Assembly: GCA_041485465.1 (NCBI GenBank)
Contig: JBGPJO010000002.1
Location: forward strand, 6,629-70,628
Direction: 5' to 3'
DNA length: 64,000 nt
From: Minisyncoccia bacterium
GTDB taxonomy: Bacteria > Patescibacteriota > Minisyncoccia > Phycocordibacterales > JAKFXT01
Position numbers and translations under genes: made by a program. Under the pieces are notes generated by a model, which was not told the origin of the DNA, searched no databases, and saw nothing but the letters and a program-made list of their open reading frames with translations. Below, piece after piece: positions 36,643-46,528 of this stretch; the first letter of the stretch is position 1; every line of letters begins with the position of its first letter.

Positions 36643-37350
36643 TCAAAAATAGAGATGCTTGAGCTCGCCGTCATGATTTTTTTCAACCCATTGGGGAAAC
36701 TCATCTACCGAGGGAAGAATATTCTGAAGTTGAACTCTCTTTCCACCGAATCTTTTTGTCGAGTGATGGAGAAGATAGGGACCGGTTTGTACGACTAGCG
36801 TTGTGATACCCGCTCGGTGTCCTGTCTCGATGTCGCTCGGAGTATCGCCAATAAACACGACTTCCTCTTTTCGGATTCCGAACTTCTCTTCAAACACTTC
36901 AAGTGTTGGTCGAAGTGCGCGGGGATCGGGTTTGAGGTGGGTAACATCCTCCCGTGTGGTGACCACGGCAAACTCGGGGAGTAGGTCTACCCGATCAAGC
37001 ATGGTATTCACATTCTCGCGGTGACGCGAGGTAAGTAAGGCGCCTTTGAAGTCGTTGCGACGGCACCAGGAAAGGGTAGATCGAGCACCTGGAACAAGCT
37101 CTGGAGGCTGTTTATTATCCCAGCGAATCCAGTGCTCGTTGAACTTTCTGGCAAGACTCTCATTGATACCTAAGCTTTCTTGAAGAAGTTCAATTGCGGG
37201 CTTTCCCCACAGGGAGGTTAACCTCTGGCGCTCCTCGCGGCCAAAAGGAATTTCTTCCATCGCACAGAGCGCAGCAATTTTACGTAAACCTCCTCGGAAA
37301 GAATCGAGGAGGACACCATCGTAGTCGTAGATGACTCCTCGAATAAACAT
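36643..37350 (-). CDS. HAD-family hydrolase
   Basis: YDYDGVLLDS, LLTS, KPDP, IGDTPSD; ATG 37350 after GGAAGG. Confidence 0.92.
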   Translation of the reverse strand: MFIRGVIYDYDGVLLDSFRGGLRKIAALCAMEEIPFGREERQRLTSLWGKPAIELLQESLGINESLARKFNEHWIRWDNKQPPELVPGARSTLSWCRRNDFKGALLTSRHRENVNTMLDRVDLLPEFAVVTTREDVTHLKPDPRALRPTLEVFEEKFGIRKEEVVFIGDTPSDIETGHRAGITTLVVQTGPYLLHHSTKRFGGKRVQLQNILPSVDEFPQWVEKNHDGELKHLYF

Positions 37351-37485
37351 AAGCCTTTCCTTCCATAGAAAGAACTCGCGAACTTCCCGGAGTCTAACGA
37401 GGGGAGCGCCTGTCGTCAATTAAAAAAAGTTCGCTCTCATGGGGTTATTTAATGGTATAATAAAAATAATTTTTTAGATCCTCCC

Positions 37486-38610
37486 ATGGAAATTCCCTTT
37501 AAAAATTTACTCGAGGGCCTTTTTGAAAAGAAAACGGATAGCGTCGTCGGTGTTGATTTCGGCTCATCCGCGATCAAACTCGTCCAACTGAAGAAAAGGG
37601 GGGGACGAGCGGTCCTTGAAACCTACGGCGAGCTCTCGCTTGGCCCGTACGCCGGGATTGAAACCGGGCGCGCCACCAATCTTCCCGTTGAAAAGCGGGT
37701 CGAGGCGCTCCGCGACTTGATGCGTGAGGCGAATGTCACGACAAAAAGCGCCGGCCTCTCGATTCCTTTGTCCGCAACGCTCCTCTCGCTTATTGAAGTG
37801 CCGACTCTCGATGAAAAGCGGATGGCGGAGATGGTGCCGATTGAAGCGCGCCGTTACATTCCCGTGCCGATTTCCGAAGTGACGCTCGACTGGTGGGTGA
37901 TACCGCAATCCCAAGAACCCCTCGCCGCGCCCGAGGGCGTCCTAGATCATCAGCAGGACCAAAACAAGTCCGAGGTGCTCTTGGTTGCGATTTTAAATGA
38001 CGCGATCGCGCGTAACAAACGGATCGCTCAGGATTTGAATCTCGAGAATGTTTTTTATGAGATTGAAATTTTCGCGGCCGCACGCGCCGCGCTTGATCAG
38101 GGCATTCATCCGGTGATGGTGCTTGATATGGGCGCGGGTTCGACGAAGCTCTACCTTGTCGAGCACGGTATTGTCAAAGATTCGCACATTATCAATCGCG
38201 GCTCACAAGACATCACCCTTGCCCTCGCTTCGACCTTGAGTATTCCGATTGCACAAGCCGAAGAAACAAAGCGCGCAATCGGACTTTCAAAAGCTCCCGA
38301 ACATAAGGCGATACATGACGCGATCTCGATTGTTCTTGGCAATATTTTAAGCGAGGCAAGCAGAGTGATGCTTACCTTCGAGAAGCGCACCAACAAAACC
38401 TTAAGCAAAGTGGTTCTGACAGGGGGAGGTGCGGTCCTTAAAGGCTTCGTTGAAGAAGCGCAGATATTTTTTAAAACGGAGACCGTTGCCGCCACGCCTT
38501 TTGAAAAAGTGGTCGCCCCGGCATTTCTCGCCGATATTTTGAAGACTATCGGCCCCGAGTTTGCCGTTGCCATGGGAATTGCGCTTAGGAAGCTTACCCA
38601 AGCTGAATAA
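37486..38610 (+). CDS. pilM: Type IV pilus assembly protein PilM
   Basis: GVDFGSSAIK, EARRYIP, DMGAGST, LTGGGA. Confidence 0.93.
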   Translation: MEIPFKNLLEGLFEKKTDSVVGVDFGSSAIKLVQLKKRGGRAVLETYGELSLGPYAGIETGRATNLPVEKRVEALRDLMREANVTTKSAGLSIPLSATLLSLIEVPTLDEKRMAEMVPIEARRYIPVPISEVTLDWWVIPQSQEPLAAPEGVLDHQQDQNKSEVLLVAILNDAIARNKRIAQDLNLENVFYEIEIFAAARAALDQGIHPVMVLDMGAGSTKLYLVEHGIVKDSHIINRGSQDITLALASTLSIPIAQAEETKRAIGLSKAPEHKAIHDAISIVLGNILSEASRVMLTFEKRTNKTLSKVVLTGGGAVLKGFVEEAQIFFKTETVAATPFEKVVAPAFLADILKTIGPEFAVAMGIALRKLTQAE

Positions 38611-38651
38611 CTTTCGTTGTTGACAGCATTTCGTTTGCTATACTTAATAAA

Positions 38652-39305
38652 ATGGATTTTGGTACACAGCAGAACACGACGTTCATTCCGAAACAACCGC
38701 TCGCTCCGATTACGCCTTCGGCCTACCGCAGGCATACCATTTCGATTGCCACCCTTGTTTCTGTTACTGTTTTCGCCGCGGCAATTATCCTTGCGGGCGG
38801 GGTTTTCGCCTATAAGGCCTATCTCGGAAGCGCCCTTGCCGATAAAAAAGCTTCGCTCCAAAAGGCAAGCAGTGCCTTTGAGCCCTCTTTGATAGAGGAG
38901 CTGAAGCGGCTCGATAAGCGAATTGAACACTCGAAAGCTGTTCTTGCAAACCATGTCGCTCTGTCTTCGTTTTTTGATCTGTTACAGAGTGCTACCATCC
39001 AGAATGTACAATTCAAGTCTTTAAATCTGACAACAATTGAAGATGGAAAAATCACAATCTCTTTAAATGGCATTGCCAGAAGTTATGGATCGGTTGCGTT
39101 GCAGTCGGATTCTTTTAATAAAGCAAAAGGTCTCAAGAACCCCGTATTTTCTCAACTCAATCTCGATCCCGCTGGCAACGTCTCTTTTGCCATAAATGCT
39201 CTGCTTGATCCTTCGGTCTTCACCTACTCAAACTTGGTCTCAGGAGGAACCGATACCACTTCGCCTGGAACAGACGCTTCAAGTACTCCCTCGAACAATC
39301 AATAA
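38652..39305 (+). CDS. PilN-like protein
   Basis: FIPK motif, TM, coiled coil, ferredoxin-like C-terminus; follows pilM. Confidence 0.7.
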   Translation: MDFGTQQNTTFIPKQPLAPITPSAYRRHTISIATLVSVTVFAAAIILAGGVFAYKAYLGSALADKKASLQKASSAFEPSLIEELKRLDKRIEHSKAVLANHVALSSFFDLLQSATIQNVQFKSLNLTTIEDGKITISLNGIARSYGSVALQSDSFNKAKGLKNPVFSQLNLDPAGNVSFAINALLDPSVFTYSNLVSGGTDTTSPGTDASSTPSNNQ

Positions 39306-39310
39306 ATAGC

Positions 39311-39847
39311 ATGATACGAAACGCACTTCCAATTCTTCTTCTCCTCGCCGCAATCGCGCTTTTCGTTACGTATATTGATCCGACCTATCAAGATACCAAG
39401 ATTATTAAGACCGAAGTGGCAAGCTATGACGACGCGCTTAATAAATCGAAAGAACTTTTACGTATCCGTGACACCCTACTTGCCAAATACAACACGTTTT
39501 CAACGGATGATTTGAAGCGCCTTGAGCTTCTTTTGCCCGATACCGTCGACAACATCAGGCTCGTGCTCGACATTGACACCATCGCGTCTAAGTACGGTCT
39601 TACCATTACCAATCTCAATCTCTCCCAATCACTGCCGACTGACGCAAGCTTCAACCCCACGAGCAATGAGATCAAGTCAGTCGATCTCTCGTTTGCGGTT
39701 TCGTCCGATTATCCGACGTTTCTAAAATTTATACGCGATCTTCAGGACAGTCTTCGTATTATCGACATTCTCAATATAGGCTTTACTGTCACTGACAAGA
39801 CAATTAACACTTACAATGTAACCATAAGGACCTATTGGTTGCCATAA
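39311..39847 (+). CDS. PilO-like protein
   Basis: TM, LLPD, Y..FL.FI..L..S.RI pattern. Confidence 0.75.
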   Translation: MIRNALPILLLLAAIALFVTYIDPTYQDTKIIKTEVASYDDALNKSKELLRIRDTLLAKYNTFSTDDLKRLELLLPDTVDNIRLVLDIDTIASKYGLTITNLNLSQSLPTDASFNPTSNEIKSVDLSFAVSSDYPTFLKFIRDLQDSLRIIDILNIGFTVTDKTINTYNVTIRTYWLP

Positions 39848-39849
39848 CT

Positions 39850-40212
39850 ATGTCGTTCATCAAAAACAATTTAAAGAACATTATCATTGCGCTTATCGTC
39901 TTGATCGGCGGCTATTATCTGTATTCATACTTCTTTCCCGGAACTGATACGACACAGACCCTCTCGGTAACCTCTCCCGCGAGTGTTGACACTTCAATCG
40001 GCGGAGAATTGTTGTTGGTGCTCACGGACTTAAAAACGCTCAAGCTCGACGACAGCATCTTCAGCGATCCGGAGTTCAAGAATCTCAGAAACTTCAGGGT
40101 CGAACTTAATCCGGAACCGGTTGGGCGCGATAATCCGTTCGCACCGATCAGCGGATCGGGAAGTTCCGGCAACTCCGGCATTCAGATAAAGAATTTCAAG
40201 ACAAGTAACTAA
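39850..40212 (+). CDS. Membrane-anchored pilus accessory protein, PilP position
   Basis: TM and GRDNPFAP motif. Confidence 0.6.
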   Translation: MSFIKNNLKNIIIALIVLIGGYYLYSYFFPGTDTTQTLSVTSPASVDTSIGGELLLVLTDLKTLKLDDSIFSDPEFKNLRNFRVELNPEPVGRDNPFAPISGSGSSGNSGIQIKNFKTSN

Positions 40213-40227
40213 CAGAGTATTTCATGT

Positions 40228-41955
40228 ATGGATCCGCTCCACGCGCTCGCCAAAAAGAATATTATCTTCGAGGAGGATATTCCTCGGATTGAAGAGGAAG
40301 TCAGGATATCGGGCAAGACACTTGAAGAGGTACTCAAAGGACGCGGTATAAACGCGGAAGATTTTCTTTCCGCAAAGGGCGAATACATGAATATTCCCGA
40401 GCGCGCGCTCGACACGCATGACATTCCCTTTGAGGTCCTTCGCTACATTCCCGAAGAGTCAGCCACGCATTATAAATTTGTGCCGATCGGGGTTACCGAC
40501 GGAGTCCTTGAAGTGGGAATCCTTAATCCCGATGATATAGAGGCGCGTGACGCTCTTAATTTCATCTCATCAAAAGTCGGTTTGCCCTACAAGCTTTTTC
40601 TGATCACCGAGGAGGATTTCGAGAAGGTGCTCCAGATTTACAAAGGGATCTCAGGCGAAGTAACGAAGGCGCTCGGCGAATTCGAGATAGGAGGGCCGGG
40701 GCAGGCGGCAACCGAGATTAAGGCAGTTGAGGAACTTTCCCACGGGGATAAGGACACCGGATCGAAATATGTCGAAGACGCGCCCGTCACCAAAATCGTC
40801 GATACCATTCTCCGCTATGCGATCGAGGGCAATGCCTCTGATGTCCACATTGAACACATGGGAGATAAGGTGAGGGTTCGTTTTCGCGTCGACGGCGATC
40901 TGCACACAAGCTTGGTTCTTCCCATAAATGTGCAGCGGGCAGTTGTGGCACGCATCAAGATTCTTTCGAACATGAAGCTCGACGAGAGGCGTAAGCCCCA
41001 GGACGGAAGATTTTCGGCAAAAATCGAAGGCCGCGAAGTCGATTTTCGGGTCTCGACTTTTCCGGCTTATTACGGAGAAAAAGTGGTAATGCGCATTCTC
41101 GACAAAGAAAGGGGTATCCGAACACTTGAGGATCTCGATCTTTCGAAGAATAATCTTGAAATGATCAAGCGCGCGATTGAAAAACCCTACGGTATGATTC
41201 TTCTTTCCGGGCCGACCGGGAGCGGTAAATCAACGACGCTCTACGCCATGTTAAACGCGCTTGATAAGGAGACGAAAAATGTTCTTTCGCTCGAAGACCC
41301 CGTCGAATTTAACATTCCGGGCGTTTCGCAGTCACAGGTTTTTCCGGAAATCGGCTACGATTTCGCAACCGGCTTGCGGACGACACTCCGCCAAGACCCC
41401 GACATCATCATGGTCGGAGAAATTCGCGATAAGGAAACCGCCGGGCTTGCGATCCAGGCGGCCTTGACCGGACACCTTGTGCTTTCGACCATTCACACCA
41501 ATAACGCAACCGGCGTTATTCCGCGTTTGATCGATATGGGAGTCGATCCGTACCTGATCGCGCCGACCCTTATTCTTGCGGTTGCCCAGCGCCTTGGCAG
41601 AAAATTATGCAAGGGGGCGGGCAAACCGGTCCCGATTGAAGGATCGCTTAAATCGTGGATTGAAAAACACGTTGCAGATATGCCGGAGGAGTACAGAAAA
41701 CAAATGCCGACCTCGGGCAATCTTTATGAAGCCGCGCCGTCGCCTGAATGTTCAACTGGTACGCGCGGCCGTATCGCCGTTTTTGAGATGTTTGAGATGG
41801 ACAAGGAGATAGAACAGATTATCAATAAGAACCCGACTGATCTTGAAATTCAGAGAATTGTCCGCAAGAAAGGTATGTTCACGATGCAGGAGGACGCAAT
41901 TATGAAATCCGCGAACCGTCTCTTACCATTTGAAGAGGTCAACGCACTCGCCTGA
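40228..41955 (+). CDS. pilB: GspE/PulE/PilB assembly ATPase
   Basis: ASDVHIE, PQDGR, GPTGSGKSTTLY, LRQDPD, TGHLV. Confidence 0.95.
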   Translation: MDPLHALAKKNIIFEEDIPRIEEEVRISGKTLEEVLKGRGINAEDFLSAKGEYMNIPERALDTHDIPFEVLRYIPEESATHYKFVPIGVTDGVLEVGILNPDDIEARDALNFISSKVGLPYKLFLITEEDFEKVLQIYKGISGEVTKALGEFEIGGPGQAATEIKAVEELSHGDKDTGSKYVEDAPVTKIVDTILRYAIEGNASDVHIEHMGDKVRVRFRVDGDLHTSLVLPINVQRAVVARIKILSNMKLDERRKPQDGRFSAKIEGREVDFRVSTFPAYYGEKVVMRILDKERGIRTLEDLDLSKNNLEMIKRAIEKPYGMILLSGPTGSGKSTTLYAMLNALDKETKNVLSLEDPVEFNIPGVSQSQVFPEIGYDFATGLRTTLRQDPDIIMVGEIRDKETAGLAIQAALTGHLVLSTIHTNNATGVIPRLIDMGVDPYLIAPTLILAVAQRLGRKLCKGAGKPVPIEGSLKSWIEKHVADMPEEYRKQMPTSGNLYEAAPSPECSTGTRGRIAVFEMFEMDKEIEQIINKNPTDLEIQRIVRKKGMFTMQEDAIMKSANRLLPFEEVNALA

Positions 41956-41990
41956 TCAAAAGAAGTTTCTGGTATACTAAAAGAAAGAAT

Positions 41991-42383
41991 ATGAGCTCCA
42001 CCAAGGGAAAAATATTGATTGTTGACGATGACAAATTCCTGCTTGATATGTACGCCATCAAATTTAAGGAAGCGGGATTCGATGTTTCCCTCTCGCCCTC
42101 AGGCGATGATACTATCAAAAAAATTGCGGACGGACTTATTCCCGATGTCATTCTTCTTGACATTGTAATGCCGGGCATGAGCGGCCTTGAATTGCTGGGG
42201 CAGTTGCGTAAAGACTCAAAAATTAAAAACGCGGCGATCATTGTGCTTTCGAATCAGGGTCAGCCGGGGGATATTGATGAGGCGAAAAAGCTCGGTGTTG
42301 ACGGCTACATCGTTAAGGCAAGCACCATTCCTTCGGAAGTACTCGACATGGTTGTGAAAACATTAGAAAAAAAACATGGCTAG
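41991..42383 (+). CDS. Single-domain response regulator
   Basis: IVDDD, LLDIVMP, LSN, YIVK. Confidence 0.93.
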   Translation: MSSTKGKILIVDDDKFLLDMYAIKFKEAGFDVSLSPSGDDTIKKIADGLIPDVILLDIVMPGMSGLELLGQLRKDSKIKNAAIIVLSNQGQPGDIDEAKKLGVDGYIVKASTIPSEVLDMVVKTLEKKHG

Positions 42384-43452
42384 CAACGACTATCAAAAAG
42401 AACTCGACGATCTTGTTCAGGTAGTGGTAAACGAGGGAGCGTCCGACCTCCACCTCTCCGCGGGGAGACGCCCGGCAATCCGGGTTTCAAGTTTTCTGAC
42501 ACCGCTTCTCAAAGAGCGTGAGATGACGGCGGACGACATGCTCGGTTTTATTGGAAGGATGCTTACCCCTGAGCACAAGGATCTTTTTTTGAAAAACAAA
42601 GAAGTTGATTTTGCTTACAGTCATAAAGGCTTGAAGGAAGCGCGGTTTAGGGGTAACGCCTATTTCCAGCAAGGGCTGATCAGCATCGCCCTTCGCCTTA
42701 TTCCGAAAAAAATCCGCAATATCGTCGAACTCAATCTTCCTCCCATTCTTGAGACGTTTGCACGAAAGCCCCAGGGATTTTTCCTCTGTGTCGGCCCTAT
42801 AGGCCAAGGCAAATCAACAACCTTGGCGGCACTTGTTGATGTTGTTAATAGCGAGCGAGCGGAGCATATTTTGACGATTGAAGATCCGATCGAATATATT
42901 TTTGAAGAAAAGAAGTCGATTATCGATCAACGCGAAGTGAGAACCGACACAATCGATTTCGCGACCGCCCTGCGCTACCTCTTTCGTCAGGATGTTGATG
43001 TCGCAATGATAGGCGAAATGCGCGCTCTTGAGACGATATCAATCGCCGTGACGGCCGCCGAAACGGGGCATCTGATTTTCTCGACGCTCCATACCAATAA
43101 CGCCGCTCAGACCATTGACCGTATCATCGATTCCTTCCCGGCAAACCAACAAGAACAAATTCGGGTACAGCTCGCAGCCTCTCTTTCCGGCATTTTTTCG
43201 CAACGGCTTATCCCGCGGATCTCAGGAGGACTTATTCCCGCCTATGAGCTCCTGATCAACAATAACGCGGTTTCCAATTTGGTCCGCGAAAAACGCAGTC
43301 ACGAAATCAATACCGTGATTGAAACCAGCTCTTCTGAAGGCATGATCGACTTGAACCGCTCACTCGCTGATCTTGTCAAAAGGGGAGAGATTACGGTTGA
43401 GAACGCCTACCTCTACTCGCTTAATCCGAAAGTACTTGACCGCTTCATTTAA
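42376..43452 (+). CDS. pilT: PilT/PilU retraction ATPase
   Basis: ASDLHL, GPIGQGKSTT, TIEDPIE, AAETGHL. Confidence 0.94.
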   Translation: MASNDYQKELDDLVQVVVNEGASDLHLSAGRRPAIRVSSFLTPLLKEREMTADDMLGFIGRMLTPEHKDLFLKNKEVDFAYSHKGLKEARFRGNAYFQQGLISIALRLIPKKIRNIVELNLPPILETFARKPQGFFLCVGPIGQGKSTTLAALVDVVNSERAEHILTIEDPIEYIFEEKKSIIDQREVRTDTIDFATALRYLFRQDVDVAMIGEMRALETISIAVTAAETGHLIFSTLHTNNAAQTIDRIIDSFPANQQEQIRVQLAASLSGIFSQRLIPRISGGLIPAYELLINNNAVSNLVREKRSHEINTVIETSSSEGMIDLNRSLADLVKRGEITVENAYLYSLNPKVLDRFI

Positions 43453-43461
43453 GATTTTGCC

Positions 43462-44667
43462 ATGCTTTTCAAATACAAGGCGATAGAAAACTCAGGGAAG
43501 GAAACCGAAGGAACGGTTGATGCAGTAAACGTTGATGTCGCGATCTCGTCGCTTCAACGGCGCGGACTGGTTGTCTCTGCCATTAATTCGGCCGAGAAAA
43601 CTTCGTTCTTACAATCACGGATTGCTCTTTTTGATCATATCCCGATGAAGGATGTGGTCATTTTCTCACGGCAAATCGCGACCCTCTTTGAAGCGCAGGT
43701 TTCGGCCCTTCGGGCTTTTCGCCTGCTTGCCCTTGAATCACCCAATCAGAATCTGCGTAAACGTCTCGCGGAAGTGGGGGATGATCTCCAGGCCGGTGTG
43801 CCCATTTCAAAGGCGCTTGAGAAGCACCCGGATGTTTTTTCAAATTTTTACGTTTCAATGGTGCGCTCCGGCGAAGAGGCAGGAAAGCTCTCTGAAAGTT
43901 TTCTTTACCTTGCGGATTATCTCGACCGGACATTTGAAGTTACCTCAAAGGTGAAAAACGCCCTCATCTACCCGGCTTTTGTTGTTATTACATTTACGGC
44001 GGTCATGATTTTGATGCTCACTGTCGTTATTCCGAAAATCAGCCAGATTATCCTTGAATCGGGACAGACGCCGCCGATCTATACCCAGATTGTTCTCTCG
44101 ATCAGCGCTTTTTTTGTCAATTACGGAGCCTTTATTCTTATCGCTCTCATCTTCGGAGCATTCCTTCTTTTCAGATATGCCCAAACCCCAGCAGGGAAGG
44201 AATCACTCTCCCAGTTTAAGCTTTCCCTTCCGTTTATCGGCACTTTATATAAGAAATTATATCTTTCGCGAATTGCCGATAATTTCAGCACGATGCTTGC
44301 TTCCCGTATTCCTATTCTCCGGGCAATTGAAATTACCGCATCAATTGTCGATAATCGCATTTATGAAGAGGTTCTTCAGGTGGCAGCACTTAAAGTCAAG
44401 GCGGGCGCACCGCTCTCCGAAGCTCTCTCCGGAAATGATGAAATCCCCGGAATAATGATTGCCATGTTTAAAGTCGGGGAGGAATCGGGGGAACTTGTCA
44501 AAATTTTAGAGACCATGTCGCGCTTTTATTCCCGCGAAGTCACCAGCTCGATTGACACTATTGTCAGTCTGATTGAGCCGGCGCTTATTGTTTTTCTCGG
44601 TGTCGGTGTCGGCGTTCTTTTGGCGGCTGTTTTGATTCCCATTTACAACATTTCCTCGAGTTTCTAA
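43462..44667 (+). CDS. pilC: PilC/GspF platform protein
   Basis: FSRQIA, GEEAGKL, ALIYP, GEESG, IEP. Confidence 0.95.
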   Translation: MLFKYKAIENSGKETEGTVDAVNVDVAISSLQRRGLVVSAINSAEKTSFLQSRIALFDHIPMKDVVIFSRQIATLFEAQVSALRAFRLLALESPNQNLRKRLAEVGDDLQAGVPISKALEKHPDVFSNFYVSMVRSGEEAGKLSESFLYLADYLDRTFEVTSKVKNALIYPAFVVITFTAVMILMLTVVIPKISQIILESGQTPPIYTQIVLSISAFFVNYGAFILIALIFGAFLLFRYAQTPAGKESLSQFKLSLPFIGTLYKKLYLSRIADNFSTMLASRIPILRAIEITASIVDNRIYEEVLQVAALKVKAGAPLSEALSGNDEIPGIMIAMFKVGEESGELVKILETMSRFYSREVTSSIDTIVSLIEPALIVFLGVGVGVLLAAVLIPIYNISSSF

Positions 44668-44872
44668 GATTTTGAAGGATAAAGGAGTCCTATTTTGTTT
44701 GCTTTTGTTATCCACAAGGGGGTAATAAAAGGCTTTTCGCTCATACTATAATGGAGACATTGAAAAACGAGCGTCCCGAGGACGAGGCGCGAGGTCGTTG
44801 TAGGAAAAGGAAGTAAGCATAGAAAGGTCATCGGGCGAAAGTCCGAATTATTAAAAAAATATTTATCAAACT

Positions 44873-45373
44873 GTGAATACAAAGAAAGGTTTTACCCTTA
44901 TTGAACTTCTGGTCGTTATTGCGATTATTGGTATTCTCTCGTCGGTCGTCTTGGCGTCACTCAACACGGCACGCGCTAAAGGAGCCGATGCCGCGATCAA
45001 AGCAAACATGGCAAATATCCGGGCGCAGGCTGAAATCGTCTACGACTCGAAAAGTTGTTACGCTGACGGTACGGCAGGTAGCTGCGTGGCAGGAGCCTTT
45101 GCGGCTGCGGCATGTGCGGCTACCCCCGGCACATTGTTTGCCGAGCCGACAGTTGCCCAACAGCTGACATCCGCTGGAAACGCAAGCTCAGCCACCGGAG
45201 AGGCCGGGGCCAACTGCGTCTCGACTGCAAACCAGACGGCGTGGGCGGCTGCAACCCCTCTTAAGGCTGACAACACCAAAAGCTGGTGTGTCGACTCAAC
45301 AGGAGCTTCACGTCAAGTGACTCCGGCAGGTGCTGACAAAGGCTTTGCCGCGGCAGGGGCAGCGTGCAAGTAA
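44873..45373 (+). CDS. Type IV pilin, probable major pilin
   Basis: KKGFTLIELLVVIAIIG; WCVDS; own promoter/leader and terminator (45394-45425). Confidence 0.93.
   Translation: MNTKKGFTLIELLVVIAIIGILSSVVLASLNTARAKGADAAIKANMANIRAQAEIVYDSKSCYADGTAGSCVAGAFAAAACAATPGTLFAEPTVAQQLTSAGNASSATGEAGANCVSTANQTAWAAATPLKADNTKSWCVDSTGASRQVTPAGADKGFAAAGAACK
44880..44928 (+). repeat. 49-bp exact repeat, second copy at 45489-45537
   Basis: CAAAGAAAGGTTTTACCCTTATTGAACTTCTGGTCGTTATTGCGATTAT. Confidence 0.9.
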
Positions 45374-45478
45374 AAGAACTCTTCTTATCCAAAGAAAATC
45401 CCGCTTGATGCGGGGTTTTTCTTTTGGGATATTCCACTTTCCCAAAAAGTTCTCCCAGTGCATAATTGTAAGGAACAC

Positions 45479-46006
45479 ATGAACAATGCAAAGAAAGGTT
45501 TTACCCTTATTGAACTTCTGGTCGTTATTGCGATTATCGGCATTCTTACCACGATAGTTGTTGCTTCCCTTAATACGGCACGTGTAAAATCAAGAGATAC
45601 CGGCCGGGTTCAGGCAGTGCGACAAGTCAGGAATGCTCTTCAGGTTTTTTTCAGCACAAACGGATATTTTCCGGCCGGGGATGAAACAACTCTTGCGGCC
45701 GCTCTTGTTCCCACATACATTTCTTCGATTGGAACGCCGACCGGGGATACCATTAAATATCAAGCGCTGAGCAACCCCGCTACCGGTGGGGCCTGCAACT
45801 CAGGCACCAACTGTCAGTCCTATCACATCGGTATCACACTTGAAGGTGGCGCAAATAGCGGAGTGCTTCTTGCCGACAAAGACGGGCAAAATGTAGCTGG
45901 CCCGACAAACGGTACGACGATTGACGGCGTAAGTACGACGGCAAATTGCGGCCCTGACGCTCTCGCAACTATTCTGACCGATCTTTGCTACGATATTGTC
46001 CCCTAG
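45479..46006 (+). CDS. Type IV pilin-like protein
   Basis: KKGFTLIELLVV; Cys-containing C-terminus. Confidence 0.9.
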   Translation: MNNAKKGFTLIELLVVIAIIGILTTIVVASLNTARVKSRDTGRVQAVRQVRNALQVFFSTNGYFPAGDETTLAAALVPTYISSIGTPTGDTIKYQALSNPATGGACNSGTNCQSYHIGITLEGGANSGVLLADKDGQNVAGPTNGTTIDGVSTTANCGPDALATILTDLCYDIVP

Positions 46007-46017
46007 GGATTTTTCTC

Positions 46018-46521
46018 ATGCAATCAAGGAGAACAAACGACAAAGAGGGCTTCACACTTGCCGAGCTTCTTGTTGTCATGGCGATCATCAGTCTCATTTC
46101 CGCTATCGTCATTTCAAATACGATTAATAGTCGCTCAATCGCGCGCGACAGCGCCCGGGCTTCCGATGTCACTTCAATTCAAAACGGTCTTAATCTCTAC
46201 TTTGTCGACCATAGAAATTATCCGCCGACGCTTGCCCCTCTTGTGCCGACCTATATGAGTGCTATCCCGATAGATCCTTTAACGGGGGGCAGTTATAATT
46301 ATGCGGCAATCGACACTAACGGAAATCCATCAACCTGCGAGTCCTACCACGTCGGTGCGGCGGTTGAAAATAGCGGCTTTGTCGGTCTCAATCAAGATGC
46401 CGATGCACCGGCCGCTCCTTTGGTCTGCACGGGAAGTGCGAATGATTTTAACGGCACGGCGGCAAATTGCGTTGGTATCAATCCGGGTTCTCCCGATACT
46501 TGCTTTGATTTAGAACTCTGA
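46018..46521 (+). CDS. Type IV pilin/GspG-like protein
   Basis: EGFTLAELLVV; P.DP...Y.Y. Confidence 0.9.
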   Translation: MQSRRTNDKEGFTLAELLVVMAIISLISAIVISNTINSRSIARDSARASDVTSIQNGLNLYFVDHRNYPPTLAPLVPTYMSAIPIDPLTGGSYNYAAIDTNGNPSTCESYHVGAAVENSGFVGLNQDADAPAAPLVCTGSANDFNGTAANCVGINPGSPDTCFDLEL

Positions 46522-46528
46522 AACAGCC

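Noticed and set aside
44668-44872. oriC or c-di-GMP riboswitch upstream of the pilin
   Set aside because: Only one DnaA box; GEMM consensus elements not recognisable.
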